A stretch of 64,000 nucleotides of DNA from the NCBI GenBank assembly GCA_965217185.1, contig OZ244252.1, positions 3,392,001 through 3,456,000 on the forward strand, written 5' to 3'. This DNA is from an uncultured Candidatus Entotheonella sp. GTDB lineage: Bacteria; Tectomicrobia; Entotheonellia; Entotheonellales; Entotheonellaceae. The position numbers and the translations under genes were made by a program. The notes under the pieces were generated by a model, which searched no databases, was not told the DNA's origin, and saw nothing but the letters and a program-made list of their open reading frames with translations. This document shows positions 51,094-61,413 of the stretch, piece after piece (position 1 is the first letter of the stretch; every line of letters starts with the position of its first letter).

Positions 51094-52047
51094 ATGTCAC
51101 AGGACATACTGGTGTGGGTGGCGTTCAACATCTTCGTTTTGGCCATGCTGGCGCTGGACTTGGGCGTATTCCACCGTCGCCAGCACGTCGTCGGGGTCCG
51201 CGAGGCGTTGCTGTGGAGCGCGCTGTGGGTCACGCTGGCCATGGTGTTCAACGCCGGCCTGTACGTCTTCGAAGGGCGGGAGGCGGCGCTGACGTTCTTC
51301 ACCGGGTACCTGCTCGAAAAGTCCCTGAGCGTCGACAACCTGTTCGTCTTCCTGCTGATCTTCACGTACTTCGGCGTGCCCCGCCTCTACCAGCACAAGG
51401 TGCTGTTCTGGGGCATCCTGGGCGCCCTGGTCATGCGCGCCACCATGATCGCCGTGGGCGTCACGCTGATCCATCACTTCCACTGGATTCTCTACGTCTT
51501 CGGCGGCTTTCTGGTCATCACCGGGGTGCGCATGGCGATGCAGGGCGACGAGGAAATTCAACCGGATAAGAACCCGTTGGTGCGGCTGTTCACCCGCTTC
51601 TTCCCAGTTGCCACGTCCTATCACGAATCGAGGTTCTTCGTACGGCTCGACGGACGCCTCTTCGCCACGCCGCTGTTCATCGTCGTGCTGGTCGTGGAAG
51701 CCACCGACGTGGTCTTTGCCCTCGACTCCATTCCGGCCATTTTCGCCGTCACCACCGACCCGTTCATCGTCTACACTTCCAACATCTTCGCCATCCTCGG
51801 CCTGCGCGCCCTCTATTTCGCCTTGGCCGGCGTTATGGGCTTCTTCCATTACCTCAAATACGGCCTCTCCCTCGTCCTCGTCTTCATTGGCATCAAGATG
51901 GTCATCGCCGACTTCTACAAAATCCCCGTCCACTGGGCTCTCATCGTGGTCGCCGCCCTCCTGCTCCTTTCCGTCCTCGCCTCCCTTATCTGGCCCGCTG
52001 CCCCCGAGGACCAGACCGAGAACGAGCAGGTGGAGGTGACGGATTAG
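51094..52047 (+). CDS. TerC/Alx family integral membrane protein
   Basis: GYLLEKSLSVDNLFVF, QHKVLFWGILGALVMR, DVVFALDSIPA, TSNIFAILGLR. Confidence 0.94.
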   Translation: MSQDILVWVAFNIFVLAMLALDLGVFHRRQHVVGVREALLWSALWVTLAMVFNAGLYVFEGREAALTFFTGYLLEKSLSVDNLFVFLLIFTYFGVPRLYQHKVLFWGILGALVMRATMIAVGVTLIHHFHWILYVFGGFLVITGVRMAMQGDEEIQPDKNPLVRLFTRFFPVATSYHESRFFVRLDGRLFATPLFIVVLVVEATDVVFALDSIPAIFAVTTDPFIVYTSNIFAILGLRALYFALAGVMGFFHYLKYGLSLVLVFIGIKMVIADFYKIPVHWALIVVAALLLLSVLASLIWPAAPEDQTENEQVEVTD

Positions 52048-52134
52048 ACGGTGGCGGCCGATAAGCTTGACCCAACGAGTTCCGACTCCTGAAAGGATAT
52101 CTATCGTGTCCAGTAATGAGGTTGGTAATCGCTT

Positions 52135-53094
52135 ATGAAACACAAAGTTGTATGGCTGCTGAGCGGCCTGGGAATTATGGTGCTGGGCGCTCTACTGTGT
52201 CTGGTGGGAACCGTTGCGGCGCGGCACGGCGACGTTCTGGAACGGGCCGCGGCCTTGGCCGAGACGGGCGACACCGCCGAGGCATTGTCTGCCTTACAGG
52301 CCGCTGAGGCGCAATATGAGAAGGCGTTCTGGGGCATTCCGCAGGGTCCGTTGCTGAACGCGTTGTCGTGCCTGGGTTTGAGCCAGCACGCCGACATTCG
52401 GTTGCGCCTCGCCGAAATGACGTATCGCGAGGGCGGGCGCCTGCTGGGCCTGTACGCCCAGGCGCGGTTGGCGGCCAATTCGGGAGGCTCGCGCAACGGC
52501 GCCGCGGCCGAAGCGCCGAGCCTGGACGACGTGAAACAGCAGTTCAGCGCCGCGGTGGCGCAATACAAGGACGTGCAGGGGCTCACCCAGGACCCGCACC
52601 GTCTGTTCACCGCCCGCGCCAACGGCGCCCGGGCCATGACGCAGCTCTTTCTGGTGCAGGGTTTTCTGGGCGAAGAACAGCGCGATCAGGCGGGCTTGAA
52701 GCAGGGCCTGATGCGTGCCGTCAAGCTGCTCCAGGAAGCCCTCGACGCCCTGTACACCGACGCGGTGCGGGTCTCGTCCGCCGAGGAGCGAAGCCTCGTG
52801 CTGCTGCTGGAGGCGTTGACCCGTTTTGAACGCCGCCCGGACGTGGAAGCGGATGAGCGGCGGCGCCTGGCGCAGTTCTTCCGCAACACCGAGTTCGAGC
52901 CGGACGTGGCGCCGCTCGGCGAAATCCTGCGCTCGACTGACTCGCAGGCACTGTCCCGCGCCGAGAGCAGCATGCGCGAGTTCCTCCTCAACCAGAGCCC
53001 CGACTCGGCCCTGCGCGAAAATGAGCGCGACCCCAGCGGCTCCCGCAGCGGCAAGGGCAGCGCCGATTCCGGCGGCGAGGGCGGCACGCACTGA
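52135..53094 (+). CDS. Membrane-anchored alpha-helical (TPR-like) hypothetical protein
   Basis: N-terminal hydrophobic segment, Ala/Leu-rich helices, Gly/Ser-rich tail; abuts the VWA gene. Confidence 0.6.
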   Translation: MKHKVVWLLSGLGIMVLGALLCLVGTVAARHGDVLERAAALAETGDTAEALSALQAAEAQYEKAFWGIPQGPLLNALSCLGLSQHADIRLRLAEMTYREGGRLLGLYAQARLAANSGGSRNGAAAEAPSLDDVKQQFSAAVAQYKDVQGLTQDPHRLFTARANGARAMTQLFLVQGFLGEEQRDQAGLKQGLMRAVKLLQEALDALYTDAVRVSSAEERSLVLLLEALTRFERRPDVEADERRRLAQFFRNTEFEPDVAPLGEILRSTDSQALSRAESSMREFLLNQSPDSALRENERDPSGSRSGKGSADSGGEGGTH

Positions 53095-53095
53095 C

Positions 53096-54133
53096 ATGCA
53101 GTGGGAATATCCGTGGGTTCTGACCGGCTTGCTGGCGGTGCCGGGGCTGGCGTATCTGTTCGCGGTGCAGTGGCGGCAGAAGGCGGCCTTCCGCGAGGCA
53201 TGGAGCCAACTGCCCTACACGCGGGCGCAGAGCGTGCCGCCCGCCGCCGCGCGCCACCACCTCAGCACCGCGCTGTTCCTGCTCGGCTTCGCCCTCAGCG
53301 TGGTCGGGTTCGCCTCGCCCATGCTGCAGCGCACGGCGTGGGAACCCTTCTGGGAAAACGTGGCCCTGGTGGTCATGATGGATTTCTCCCGCAGCATGGA
53401 GGCGCCGCGCGACCCCGACGAGCTCAATGCTCCCAGCCGCTTCGTCGAAACCCGCCAAAACATCCTCGGCTTCCTGTCCGACCTGCCGCCGGGAGTCAAA
53501 GTCAGCTTCGTGCCGTTCTCCGAGTACGCCATTCCCATCACCAGCGGCTTCAGCGACGATCATGGCGAACTGGTCGCCAAGGTGCGACGACTACAGCGGG
53601 ATTTCTTCTACAAACAGGGTACCGACCTCGCCCTGGCCCTCCAGGAAGGCCTCAATCTGGCCGATGCCTTTACGCAACTGCACGCCGACAACGGCGCCGG
53701 GCGGCCGCCGGTCACCTCGATCATCCTCATCAGTGACGGCGACGAGCCGATCAGCGACGACCTGCGTAAGGCGGTGAACGAGCGCAACGGCAGCCCGGTT
53801 CCCGTCTTCGCCATCGGTATCGGCTCCGCCACCCCGGCCTATATTCCGGATGACGAATCACCGGTCGGCTATCTGCTCGACGACCAGCAGCAGCCCGTCA
53901 CCACCGCCCTCAACACGGAAACCCTGCGCTTCATCGCCGACAAGACCGGCGGCGCCTATCACACCTTCGCCGAACGCGGCGAGCTGGTGGCGGCGCTGCA
54001 GGACATCATTCGTGAGCAAGGCGTACGCAGCCAGCGGCCATACACGTACCCGTTTCCGCTGCGGGGCTTCCTGTTCTTCGCGGCGTTCGCGGCGCTGGTG
54101 GCGGCGTGGCGGGCCGGGGATTGGCAGCCGTAG
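53096..54133 (+). CDS. VWA-domain membrane protein (BatB/MxaL-like)
   Basis: WEYPW start, two N-terminal TM helices, MIDAS DFSRSM, GTDL, ISDGD, GIG, TGG, C-terminal TM. Confidence 0.85.
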   Translation: MQWEYPWVLTGLLAVPGLAYLFAVQWRQKAAFREAWSQLPYTRAQSVPPAAARHHLSTALFLLGFALSVVGFASPMLQRTAWEPFWENVALVVMMDFSRSMEAPRDPDELNAPSRFVETRQNILGFLSDLPPGVKVSFVPFSEYAIPITSGFSDDHGELVAKVRRLQRDFFYKQGTDLALALQEGLNLADAFTQLHADNGAGRPPVTSIILISDGDEPISDDLRKAVNERNGSPVPVFAIGIGSATPAYIPDDESPVGYLLDDQQQPVTTALNTETLRFIADKTGGAYHTFAERGELVAALQDIIREQGVRSQRPYTYPFPLRGFLFFAAFAALVAAWRAGDWQP

Positions 54134-54161
54134 GGGCGGGCTGAGCGCCCGCCCGCTGGCC

Positions 54162-55172
54162 TTAGGCGACGGAAAAAGACGGGGCGTTCTGGGGCGGGAT
54201 GATCTGGTCCGGGGTCAACTCCACGGCGTCCTTCTGATACACCTGGACGCGGTGCGGTCCGCAGTCCGCGACGTACATGCGCCCCTCGCCGTCGAGCCGC
54301 ACGGAGGCGGGGCCGCGGAAGCGCTTCTGTGGCTCGAGGTTGGCCATCTCGCGCTGGCGTAGGGGCTTGGGATTGGCGAGGACGTAGGCGCGGCCCATCT
54401 TCGATAGCGTGGCGTCGCCGTGGAACTTCTCGACGTACCTGCCGTCCGCGTCGAACAACTGCACGCGGTTGTTACCCCAATCGGCCACGTAGATGTCGCC
54501 GTGCCCGTCAACGGCAATGCCGGTGGGCCGGTTGAACTGCCCGTCGCCGCTGCCCGGTGAGCCGAACATGGCGATAAAGCCGCCGTCGGCGTCGAACTTC
54601 TGCACCCGGTCGTTGCGCCAATCGACGACGTACACCGCACCCTCGTCATCCACCGTGATGCCCCACGGCATGTTGAACTCGCCCTCGCCGCTGCCGAAGC
54701 TGCCCCACTGTTTGCGGAAGCCGCCGTCCTTGCTGTACTGCTGGATGCGGTGGTTCAGCGTATCGACCACGTACAGGTTGCCCTCCGGGTCGAAGGCCAT
54801 ACCCGACGGGCGGTCGAACTGCCCGGCACCGGAGCCGTGCTCGCCCCATTTGCCCAGGTAGTCACCGGCGGTGCTGAACATGGAGATACAGTGGCGCCCC
54901 TCGTCGGAGACGTACAGCGTGTCGTCGTCCAGAAGGATGTTCGCCGGCCACAGCAGCTTGCCGTCGGCGTTGCCCGGACCGCTGATGACGTCGAGGTCCT
55001 CGTCGTCCCAGGTGAGGCGGCGGATATCGACCGTCAGCGAGCCGCGGCACAGGACGTAGAGCCGTCCCTCACGGCCAATCGCCAGATCGACCGGGTTCGA
55101 CGTAACACGGCGCATGCCGAGACTCTTGACGTAGGGGAACCCGGCACGAAGTAATGCGTATGCTCTCGGCAT
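54162..55172 (-). CDS. NHL-repeat beta-propeller protein
   Basis: Repeated GSGxGQFxxPxGxAxDxxGxxYVxDxxNxRVQxF units. Confidence 0.92.
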   Translation of the reverse strand: MPRAYALLRAGFPYVKSLGMRRVTSNPVDLAIGREGRLYVLCRGSLTVDIRRLTWDDEDLDVISGPGNADGKLLWPANILLDDDTLYVSDEGRHCISMFSTAGDYLGKWGEHGSGAGQFDRPSGMAFDPEGNLYVVDTLNHRIQQYSKDGGFRKQWGSFGSGEGEFNMPWGITVDDEGAVYVVDWRNDRVQKFDADGGFIAMFGSPGSGDGQFNRPTGIAVDGHGDIYVADWGNNRVQLFDADGRYVEKFHGDATLSKMGRAYVLANPKPLRQREMANLEPQKRFRGPASVRLDGEGRMYVADCGPHRVQVYQKDAVELTPDQIIPPQNAPSFSVA

Positions 55173-55190
55173 TCTCGACTTCCTCCCGGT

Positions 55191-56336
55191 CTACTGACCG
55201 TTACTTTTGAACGGTTGCAACTGCTCGAAGGTGCCGCCGACGAACTCGGCCGCGTCCATGCCTATCCACTGCTCCAGCATGGTGGCGTAGATGCCGCGGA
55301 AGTCGATGGTGTGGCGCATGTCTTCGCCGTACAGCCAGTCCACCGGGTCCAGCGACGGGTATTCGGCGTACAGGCCGCCCGCCACCCGGTCGCCGATGAT
55401 GAAGGCACCGCCGCCGGAGCCGTGATCGGTGCCGCTGGCGTTGTCCTTCATGCGCCGGCCGAACTCGGTGAACACCAGAATCGCCACTTCCTCCGAGGCA
55501 TCGTGCTCGCGCAGATCCTGCATGAAATCGCGCAGCGCGCCGGTGAGCTCGCTCAGCAGCCGCGGGTGCACCGCCGCCTGCGTGGCGTGGGTGTCGTAGC
55601 CGCCGTGCTGGGTGTAGAAAATGCGCGTGCCCAGGCCGGTAGTGTGCACGCAGGCGACGTCCCGCAGGCTCTTGGCGATCGGGTTGTCGGCGTACTGCAC
55701 CGTGGACTCGTACATCGCCGGTGCCCGCTTGATGATGTCGGCGCCGGTCAGCACGTCGAGGCCGGTCTGCGCCAAGTAATCCATCACGCCGCCGCCGTCC
55801 GTGCCGGGGGCATACATGGTCTGGAAGCTCTGCAGCGCCGCCTGGCGCTCCGTCGCCTCGCCGATGCCGCCCATGAGGCCGTAGGTGTCGAGGTCGGAAA
55901 CCGACGTCACCGGCACCCCGGCGGCCGCCATGGCGCGCGGCAGGCCGCGTCCGAAGCTGACGCCCGTCAGCACGTTTTCCTTGTTCGGATCGAGGTCCCG
56001 CAGCACCTTGCCGAGCCAGCCTTCGAGCACCAGCCGGTCCGGCTCGCAGGTGTGCCAGATATCCATGCCGCGAAAGTGCGAGCGGTTGGAATCCGGGTAG
56101 CCGATGCCCTGCACGACGGCCACCACGCCTTCCTCGTACAGGTCCTTGAGCGCCTCGGCGTTGGGGTGAAAACCGAGGGTGTCGTTCAGCGGCAGAACCT
56201 GCTTCTGCGGCACGCTGAGCGTCGGGCGGGCGTCGTAGTAGTTGCCGTTGGTGAAGGGAACGATGGTGTTCATGAAGTCATTGCCGCCCGACAACTGCAC
56301 GACCACCAACACGGGCGCTTTGCCGTTTCCTGCCAT
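55191..56336 (-). CDS. DUF1501 family protein
   Basis: LVVVQLSGGNDFMNT, NRSHF, GGYDTH, TEFGRR, GTDHG, DFR. Confidence 0.9.
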   Translation of the reverse strand: MAGNGKAPVLVVVQLSGGNDFMNTIVPFTNGNYYDARPTLSVPQKQVLPLNDTLGFHPNAEALKDLYEEGVVAVVQGIGYPDSNRSHFRGMDIWHTCEPDRLVLEGWLGKVLRDLDPNKENVLTGVSFGRGLPRAMAAAGVPVTSVSDLDTYGLMGGIGEATERQAALQSFQTMYAPGTDGGGVMDYLAQTGLDVLTGADIIKRAPAMYESTVQYADNPIAKSLRDVACVHTTGLGTRIFYTQHGGYDTHATQAAVHPRLLSELTGALRDFMQDLREHDASEEVAILVFTEFGRRMKDNASGTDHGSGGGAFIIGDRVAGGLYAEYPSLDPVDWLYGEDMRHTIDFRGIYATMLEQWIGMDAAEFVGGTFEQLQPFKSNGQ

Positions 56337-56357
56337 GCTTTCGATCTCCTTAAATCA

Positions 56358-57764
56358 TTATGCAAACTGAAATTCGCGCGTCGCCACGATGAGCTGCAAC
56401 AGGCGGGCAACCCGCCCGGCATTCGCTTGGCGCGCGTCGTCCGTATCCAGGGCCACGTCGCCGCCGGCCGCGGTCGCGTTGATCAGCGCCTGACGGGTTG
56501 GCTCGGCCACGCTCAACGGCCCGACCATATCCAGGCAACCATCCACGCACGCCTCGGGGGACAACGCGGTGCCCATGGCGCCGAGGCGTTCGACGACCCG
56601 CTGTACGCCCGGCCGGTTGACGTCGTTCAGCTCGTTCACGGCGAAATTGACCCGCTCGTTCAGGGTGCCGCCGTCGATCCATTCCTTGCCGGTGTGCCAG
56701 CCTTCCACGGTTGGTGGATTCATCAGCGCCTGACCCATGGCCGAGGTCGCCACCGCCAGGTTCAGCAGGCCGGGCTCGGGGAAGCTGTGCGAGCCGGCGA
56801 GCTTCACGGCGCTGACCACCAACTCCACCGGACTCTTCACCTTGCGAAAGCGCGCCGCCTTGAACGCCTCCGAGTTGAACAGCACGCGCAGCATGGCACG
56901 GAGATTGCCGCCGGAATCGAAGTACGCCTGCTCCAGCGCCTCGACGCACTGCGGATCCTGGGGCGGCACATTGTTCCACGCCGACACCTGCGGCTCGTCG
57001 GCCACGAAGAAGTTGTACAGATGGCGGGAAATGAAGCGCGCCGCGGCAGGCTGCTTGACGATGATGCGCACGATGTCGTCGCCGTTGAAGTTCCCGGTTT
57101 CGCCCAGGAAGGTCTTGACGCTGTCGTCGTGGTCGTCCTCGCGGAAGACGAACGACGCGGGGTTGCCGCCGTTCGGATATAGCGGAATAGGTTGCGTAGC
57201 CGTCCAGCCGGTGAAGGCGCGCGCCGCGTTCTTGATGTCTTGCTCGCTGTAGTTGCCGACGCCCATCGAAAACAATTCGAGGATTTCGCGCCCGTAGTTC
57301 TCGTTCGGGGTGTCTTTGTGATTCTGGGTGTTGTCCAGCCAATCCAGCATGGCGGGGTCGCGGGACAGGTCGAGCAGGATGGTTTCCATGTCGGAGAGGC
57401 AATTTTGGCGGAAGACATCGATCTGCAGCGCCACGCTGGGGGTGTGTTCGCTCTTGTGCCAGCCGGTGGCGAAGACGCCGTGCCAGAAGAGGGCCATTTT
57501 TTCCTGCAGCGGGCGCTTCGTGTTGATCATGCGATAGAGCCAGCGCCCCTGCCAGAGCACGGGTGAGTCGTCCATGACGGAAGCCATGGAGTAGTAGCGG
57601 CACACCACGTCTTCCTCAACGTCAGGCGTCTGCTCCGGGTGCAGCAGCATTTCCACCACGTCGGCGTAGTCCATGCCGTCATACGCCTCCAGCTCGGCGC
57701 GTGTGGCGCCGAATCCGGCGCGCCGTAGCAGGTGTGCCAGGAGTGCGAGTCTGTCGTCAGCCAT
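56358..57764 (-). CDS. DUF1800 family protein
   Basis: HLLRRAGFGA, EKMALFWHGVFAT, PNENYGREILELFSMG, ARAFTGW, KVKSP, PPTVEGW; AAGGAG RBS. Confidence 0.92.
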   Translation of the reverse strand: MADDRLALLAHLLRRAGFGATRAELEAYDGMDYADVVEMLLHPEQTPDVEEDVVCRYYSMASVMDDSPVLWQGRWLYRMINTKRPLQEKMALFWHGVFATGWHKSEHTPSVALQIDVFRQNCLSDMETILLDLSRDPAMLDWLDNTQNHKDTPNENYGREILELFSMGVGNYSEQDIKNAARAFTGWTATQPIPLYPNGGNPASFVFREDDHDDSVKTFLGETGNFNGDDIVRIIVKQPAAARFISRHLYNFFVADEPQVSAWNNVPPQDPQCVEALEQAYFDSGGNLRAMLRVLFNSEAFKAARFRKVKSPVELVVSAVKLAGSHSFPEPGLLNLAVATSAMGQALMNPPTVEGWHTGKEWIDGGTLNERVNFAVNELNDVNRPGVQRVVERLGAMGTALSPEACVDGCLDMVGPLSVAEPTRQALINATAAGGDVALDTDDARQANAGRVARLLQLIVATREFQFA

Positions 57765-58018
57765 GCCTATCTCCTTACTGTCAAGGCTCGCCCGGCGCCG
57801 GGTGAAGTTCGGACGCGCGGAACGGGCGAGGGGTCTTGGCGTTTGCGGGGGGTAGTTGAACCCGCCAAGTATAGCGGCAGCCCGCGGCCATGTACAGACG
57901 GCGGCGCGCTTCCATTCCGCCCCCGACTTTGGTACAACATAGCGCTTTGACGTGGCGCCGTGCCGAGCGTGCGCCAAGATGCGCGAGGCGCCATCCCAAC
58001 GATCTGGAGGAAGTAAGT

Positions 58019-59188
58019 ATGCAAGTGGCGGAGCGTATGTCCCGCTTGGGCACGGAAACGGCGTTCGAGGTGCTGGTGAAGGCCCGTGCCCTGGAAGCGC
58101 AAGGTCGCGACGTGGTGCACCTGGAGATCGGCGAGCCCGATTTCGACACCCCGCCGCACGTCATCGCAGCGGGCAAACAGGCCCTCGACGAGGGATATAC
58201 GCACTACGGGCCGTCCGCCGGCCTGCCCGAGCTGCGCGAGGCAATCGCCGCCGACGTGGCCCGCAGCCGCGGCATCGACGTGCGCATGTCGCAGGTGGTG
58301 GTGACGCCCGGCGCCAAGCCGATCATGTTCTTTGTCATCATGGCCCTGGCGCAGGCCGGCGACGAAGTGATCTACCCCGACCCCGGCTTTCCGATCTACG
58401 AGTCGGTTGTCCGCTTCGTCGGCGCCAAGCCGGTGCCCGTGCCGTTGCGCGAGGCGCGCGGCTTCAGCCTCGACGTGGACGAGCTCAAGAGCCTCGTATC
58501 ACCCCGCACGCGGCTGATCATTATCAATTCCCCGCACAACCCCACCGGCGGCATGCTGCCGGAAGCGGACCTGCGCGCCATCGCCGACGTCGCCATGCAG
58601 CACGGCATCCCGGTTCTAACCGACGAGATTTACTCCCAAATGCTGTATGACGGCACCTTCCACAGCATTTCCGCCTACGACGGCATGGCAGACCTGACGA
58701 TCATCCTGGACGGCTTCTCGAAAACCTACGCCATGACGGGCTGGCGGCTCGGCTACGGCGTCATGCCCGAATCGCTGGCAGACCACGTGACGCGCCTGAT
58801 GACCAACTGCAATTCCTGCACCGCGTCGTTCACGCAGCGCGCCGGCCTGGCCGCCCTGCAGGGACCACAAGACGCCGTGGGCGAGATGATGTCGGAGTTC
58901 CGCCGCCGCCGCGACCTGTTCGTGGCCGGGCTGAACGACATCGACGGCATAAGTTGCGCGGTGCCCGGCGGCGCCTTCTACGCCTTTCCGAACATTACCG
59001 GGCTCGGCCGCACGTCCAAGGAAGTGGCGGATTATCTGCTGCAGGAGGGCGGCGTGGCGGCCCTGGCGGGCGATGACTTCGGCCCCCATGGCGCGGGCTA
59101 CGTGCGCTTCTCGTACGCCAATTCGCTCGACAACCTGAAGAAGGCGCTCGAACGCATCGCCGATTGCGCGGCCAAGCTGCAGGGCTGA
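58019..59188 (+). CDS. PLP-dependent aminotransferase class I/II (aspartate aminotransferase-like)
   Basis: GEPDF, NSPHNPTG, DEIY, GFSKTYAMTGWRLGY, GAFY. Confidence 0.94.
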   Translation: MQVAERMSRLGTETAFEVLVKARALEAQGRDVVHLEIGEPDFDTPPHVIAAGKQALDEGYTHYGPSAGLPELREAIAADVARSRGIDVRMSQVVVTPGAKPIMFFVIMALAQAGDEVIYPDPGFPIYESVVRFVGAKPVPVPLREARGFSLDVDELKSLVSPRTRLIIINSPHNPTGGMLPEADLRAIADVAMQHGIPVLTDEIYSQMLYDGTFHSISAYDGMADLTIILDGFSKTYAMTGWRLGYGVMPESLADHVTRLMTNCNSCTASFTQRAGLAALQGPQDAVGEMMSEFRRRRDLFVAGLNDIDGISCAVPGGAFYAFPNITGLGRTSKEVADYLLQEGGVAALAGDDFGPHGAGYVRFSYANSLDNLKKALERIADCAAKLQG

Positions 59189-59191
59189 GGC

Positions 59192-60031
59192 GTGGCGCGC
59201 GGCATCAGGCCTCCTGCTGACCGACCAACCGGCGGCAGGCGGCTAATTTGCCCGCTGGTCCTATGCGCCTGCCTGAGTGTGCTCGCCTGTTCCGATTCCC
59301 CGACCGGAAACGATTCATCCGACCTGCCGCCGCAAGCACCTGTCTACGGCTATACCGTGGTGCGCGCCTACCTCCACGACCGTGAGGCATTCACCCAGGG
59401 CTTGGCGTTCGACGACCAGGGGGTGCTGTACGAGAGCACGGGCCAACGCGGCCAATCCTCGTTGCGGCGGGTGGAATTGAGCAGCGGGGCGGTTCTGCAA
59501 CGCTACGACCTGCCGTCTGCGCTGTTCGGCGAGGGCATCGCCGTCCTTGGCGACCGCATCATCCAGCTCACTTGGCAGGCCGGCCGCGCCTTCGTCTACG
59601 ACAAAGCCAGTTTCGACCTTCTGCGGGAGTTTACCTACCGCACCGAAGGCTGGGGCCTGACGCACGACGGGCGCCGCCTGATCATGAGCGACGGCACCGC
59701 TACCCTGTACTTCCTGCACCCCGACACGCTTGCCGAAACGGCCCGCCTGACCGTCCGCGATCACCATGGCCCGGTGATTCGGCTGAACGAGCTGGAATAC
59801 GTGCGCGGTGAAATTCTCGCCAACGTCTGGCAGAACGACCGCATCGCCCGCATCGACCCCCGCACCGGCCACGTCACCGGCTGGATCGACCTCACCGGCC
59901 TCCTGCAGCCCATCGACCGACGCCAGCCCGTCGACGTGCTCAACGGCATCGCCTACGACCCCCGCACCGACCGCCTCTTCGTCACCGGAAAATGGTGGCC
60001 CAAGCTCTTCGAGATCACCCTGACCAAGTAG
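59192..60031 (+). CDS. Glutaminyl-peptide cyclotransferase, predicted lipoprotein
   Basis: Lipobox VLAC; AFTQGL, ESTG, FGEG, EGWGLT, LNELE, ANVW, VLNGIA, TGKWW. Confidence 0.93.
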   Translation: MARGIRPPADRPTGGRRLICPLVLCACLSVLACSDSPTGNDSSDLPPQAPVYGYTVVRAYLHDREAFTQGLAFDDQGVLYESTGQRGQSSLRRVELSSGAVLQRYDLPSALFGEGIAVLGDRIIQLTWQAGRAFVYDKASFDLLREFTYRTEGWGLTHDGRRLIMSDGTATLYFLHPDTLAETARLTVRDHHGPVIRLNELEYVRGEILANVWQNDRIARIDPRTGHVTGWIDLTGLLQPIDRRQPVDVLNGIAYDPRTDRLFVTGKWWPKLFEITLTK

Positions 60032-60118
60032 GTCGTCATATCGTGGACTTGAAACCGGCAGCGGCGTAGCATGACGCTCGCGTATCCGGCACCATCACGA
60101 ATTACGAAAGGGAGCGAC

Positions 60119-61351
60119 ATGGCTGACTTGAAGATTAACGGCGCGCGCTTGTGGGAGTCGCTGATGACTCTGGCGCGTATCGGCGCAACGCCGCGCGGCG
60201 GCGTTTGCCGCGTGGCCCTGAGCGACGTGGACCGCGAAGGCCGCGACCTGTTCGTGCGCTGGGCACGAGAGGCCGGCTGCACGGTCGAGATCGATCAAAT
60301 GGGCAACATCTTTGCGCGCCGTGCCGGTTCCGATCCGACCCTGGCGCCTGTGATGACCGGCAGCCATCTCGATACCCAGCCCACCGGCGGCAAGTTCGAC
60401 GGCGCCTACGGGGTGCTCGCCGGGCTGGAGGTCATCCGCACCCTCAACGACGCCAACCACACCACACGGCGCCCCGTGGAAGTGGTGGCGTGGACGAACG
60501 AGGAGGGCTGCCGTTTCGCCCCCGCCATGCTGGCCTCGGGCGTGTTTGGCGGCGAGTTCAACCTCGAATACGGACTGACGCGCGCCGACCACGACGGCGT
60601 CACCGTGGCCCAGGAGCTGGACCGCATCGGCTACGCCGGTGAGCGGCCCTGCGGCGGCCAACCGGTGCACGCCTTCTTCGAGGCGCATATTGAGCAGGGC
60701 CCGCTGCTGGAAGCCAACGAGTGCGTCATCGGTGTGGTACAGGGACTGCAAGGGCAGCGCTGGTTCGACTGCACGGTCGAAGGAATGGAATCGCACGCCG
60801 GCACCACCCCCATGCCGCGGCGGCGCGACGCCCTGTGCGGTGCCGCGCAGATTGTCACCGCCGTGCAGCAGGCCGCTTTGGCGCAGGCGCCGCACGGCGT
60901 CGGCACGGTCGGCGACCTGCGGGTGCACCCCAACTCGCGCAACGTCATTCCCGGACGGGTGGATTTTACGATTGATCTGCGGCACCCCGACGACGCGGCC
61001 CTGGCAGCCATGGCGAGCGCCCTGCGCGAGGCCGCGGCGGCGGTCGAGTCGGCCATGGGGCTGACCGTCTCACTCGATGAAATCTGGTACGCGCCGCCGA
61101 CGCCCTTTGACGCCGGCAGCGTCGCCGCTGTCCGCCGCGCCGCCCAGAACCTGGACTTGCCGCACATGGACGTGATCAGCGGCGCCGGCCACGACGCCAA
61201 GTACGTGGCCAACGTGTGCCCGGCGGCGATGATTTTCATCCCCTGCAAGGACGGCATCAGCCACAATGAGATCGAGGACGCGACGCCGGAACATACCGCC
61301 GCCGGCTGCGACGTGCTGCTGCACGCCGTTCTGGAAGCGGACGGCGCGTGA
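60119..61351 (+). CDS. Zn-dependent hydrolase, N-carbamoyl-amino-acid amidohydrolase/beta-ureidopropionase family (M20)
   Basis: GSHLDTQPTGGKFDG, NEEG, EAHIEQGP, HAGTTPM, SGAGHDA, GISHN. Confidence 0.93.
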   Translation: MADLKINGARLWESLMTLARIGATPRGGVCRVALSDVDREGRDLFVRWAREAGCTVEIDQMGNIFARRAGSDPTLAPVMTGSHLDTQPTGGKFDGAYGVLAGLEVIRTLNDANHTTRRPVEVVAWTNEEGCRFAPAMLASGVFGGEFNLEYGLTRADHDGVTVAQELDRIGYAGERPCGGQPVHAFFEAHIEQGPLLEANECVIGVVQGLQGQRWFDCTVEGMESHAGTTPMPRRRDALCGAAQIVTAVQQAALAQAPHGVGTVGDLRVHPNSRNVIPGRVDFTIDLRHPDDAALAAMASALREAAAAVESAMGLTVSLDEIWYAPPTPFDAGSVAAVRRAAQNLDLPHMDVISGAGHDAKYVANVCPAAMIFIPCKDGISHNEIEDATPEHTAAGCDVLLHAVLEADGA

Positions 61352-61413
61352 CGGTTGGGATGGCTCTGAACAACCGGGCTGGATGAAACTTAATGCAAGG
61401 CTGCGGCGGCTGG

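Noticed and set aside
55215..57182. 655-aa plus-strand ORF and other long antisense ORFs (e.g. 6022-7422, 14899-16452, 33797-35314, 49407-50906)
   Set aside because: They are shadows of well-supported genes on the opposite strand in high-GC DNA and carry no recognisable motifs.
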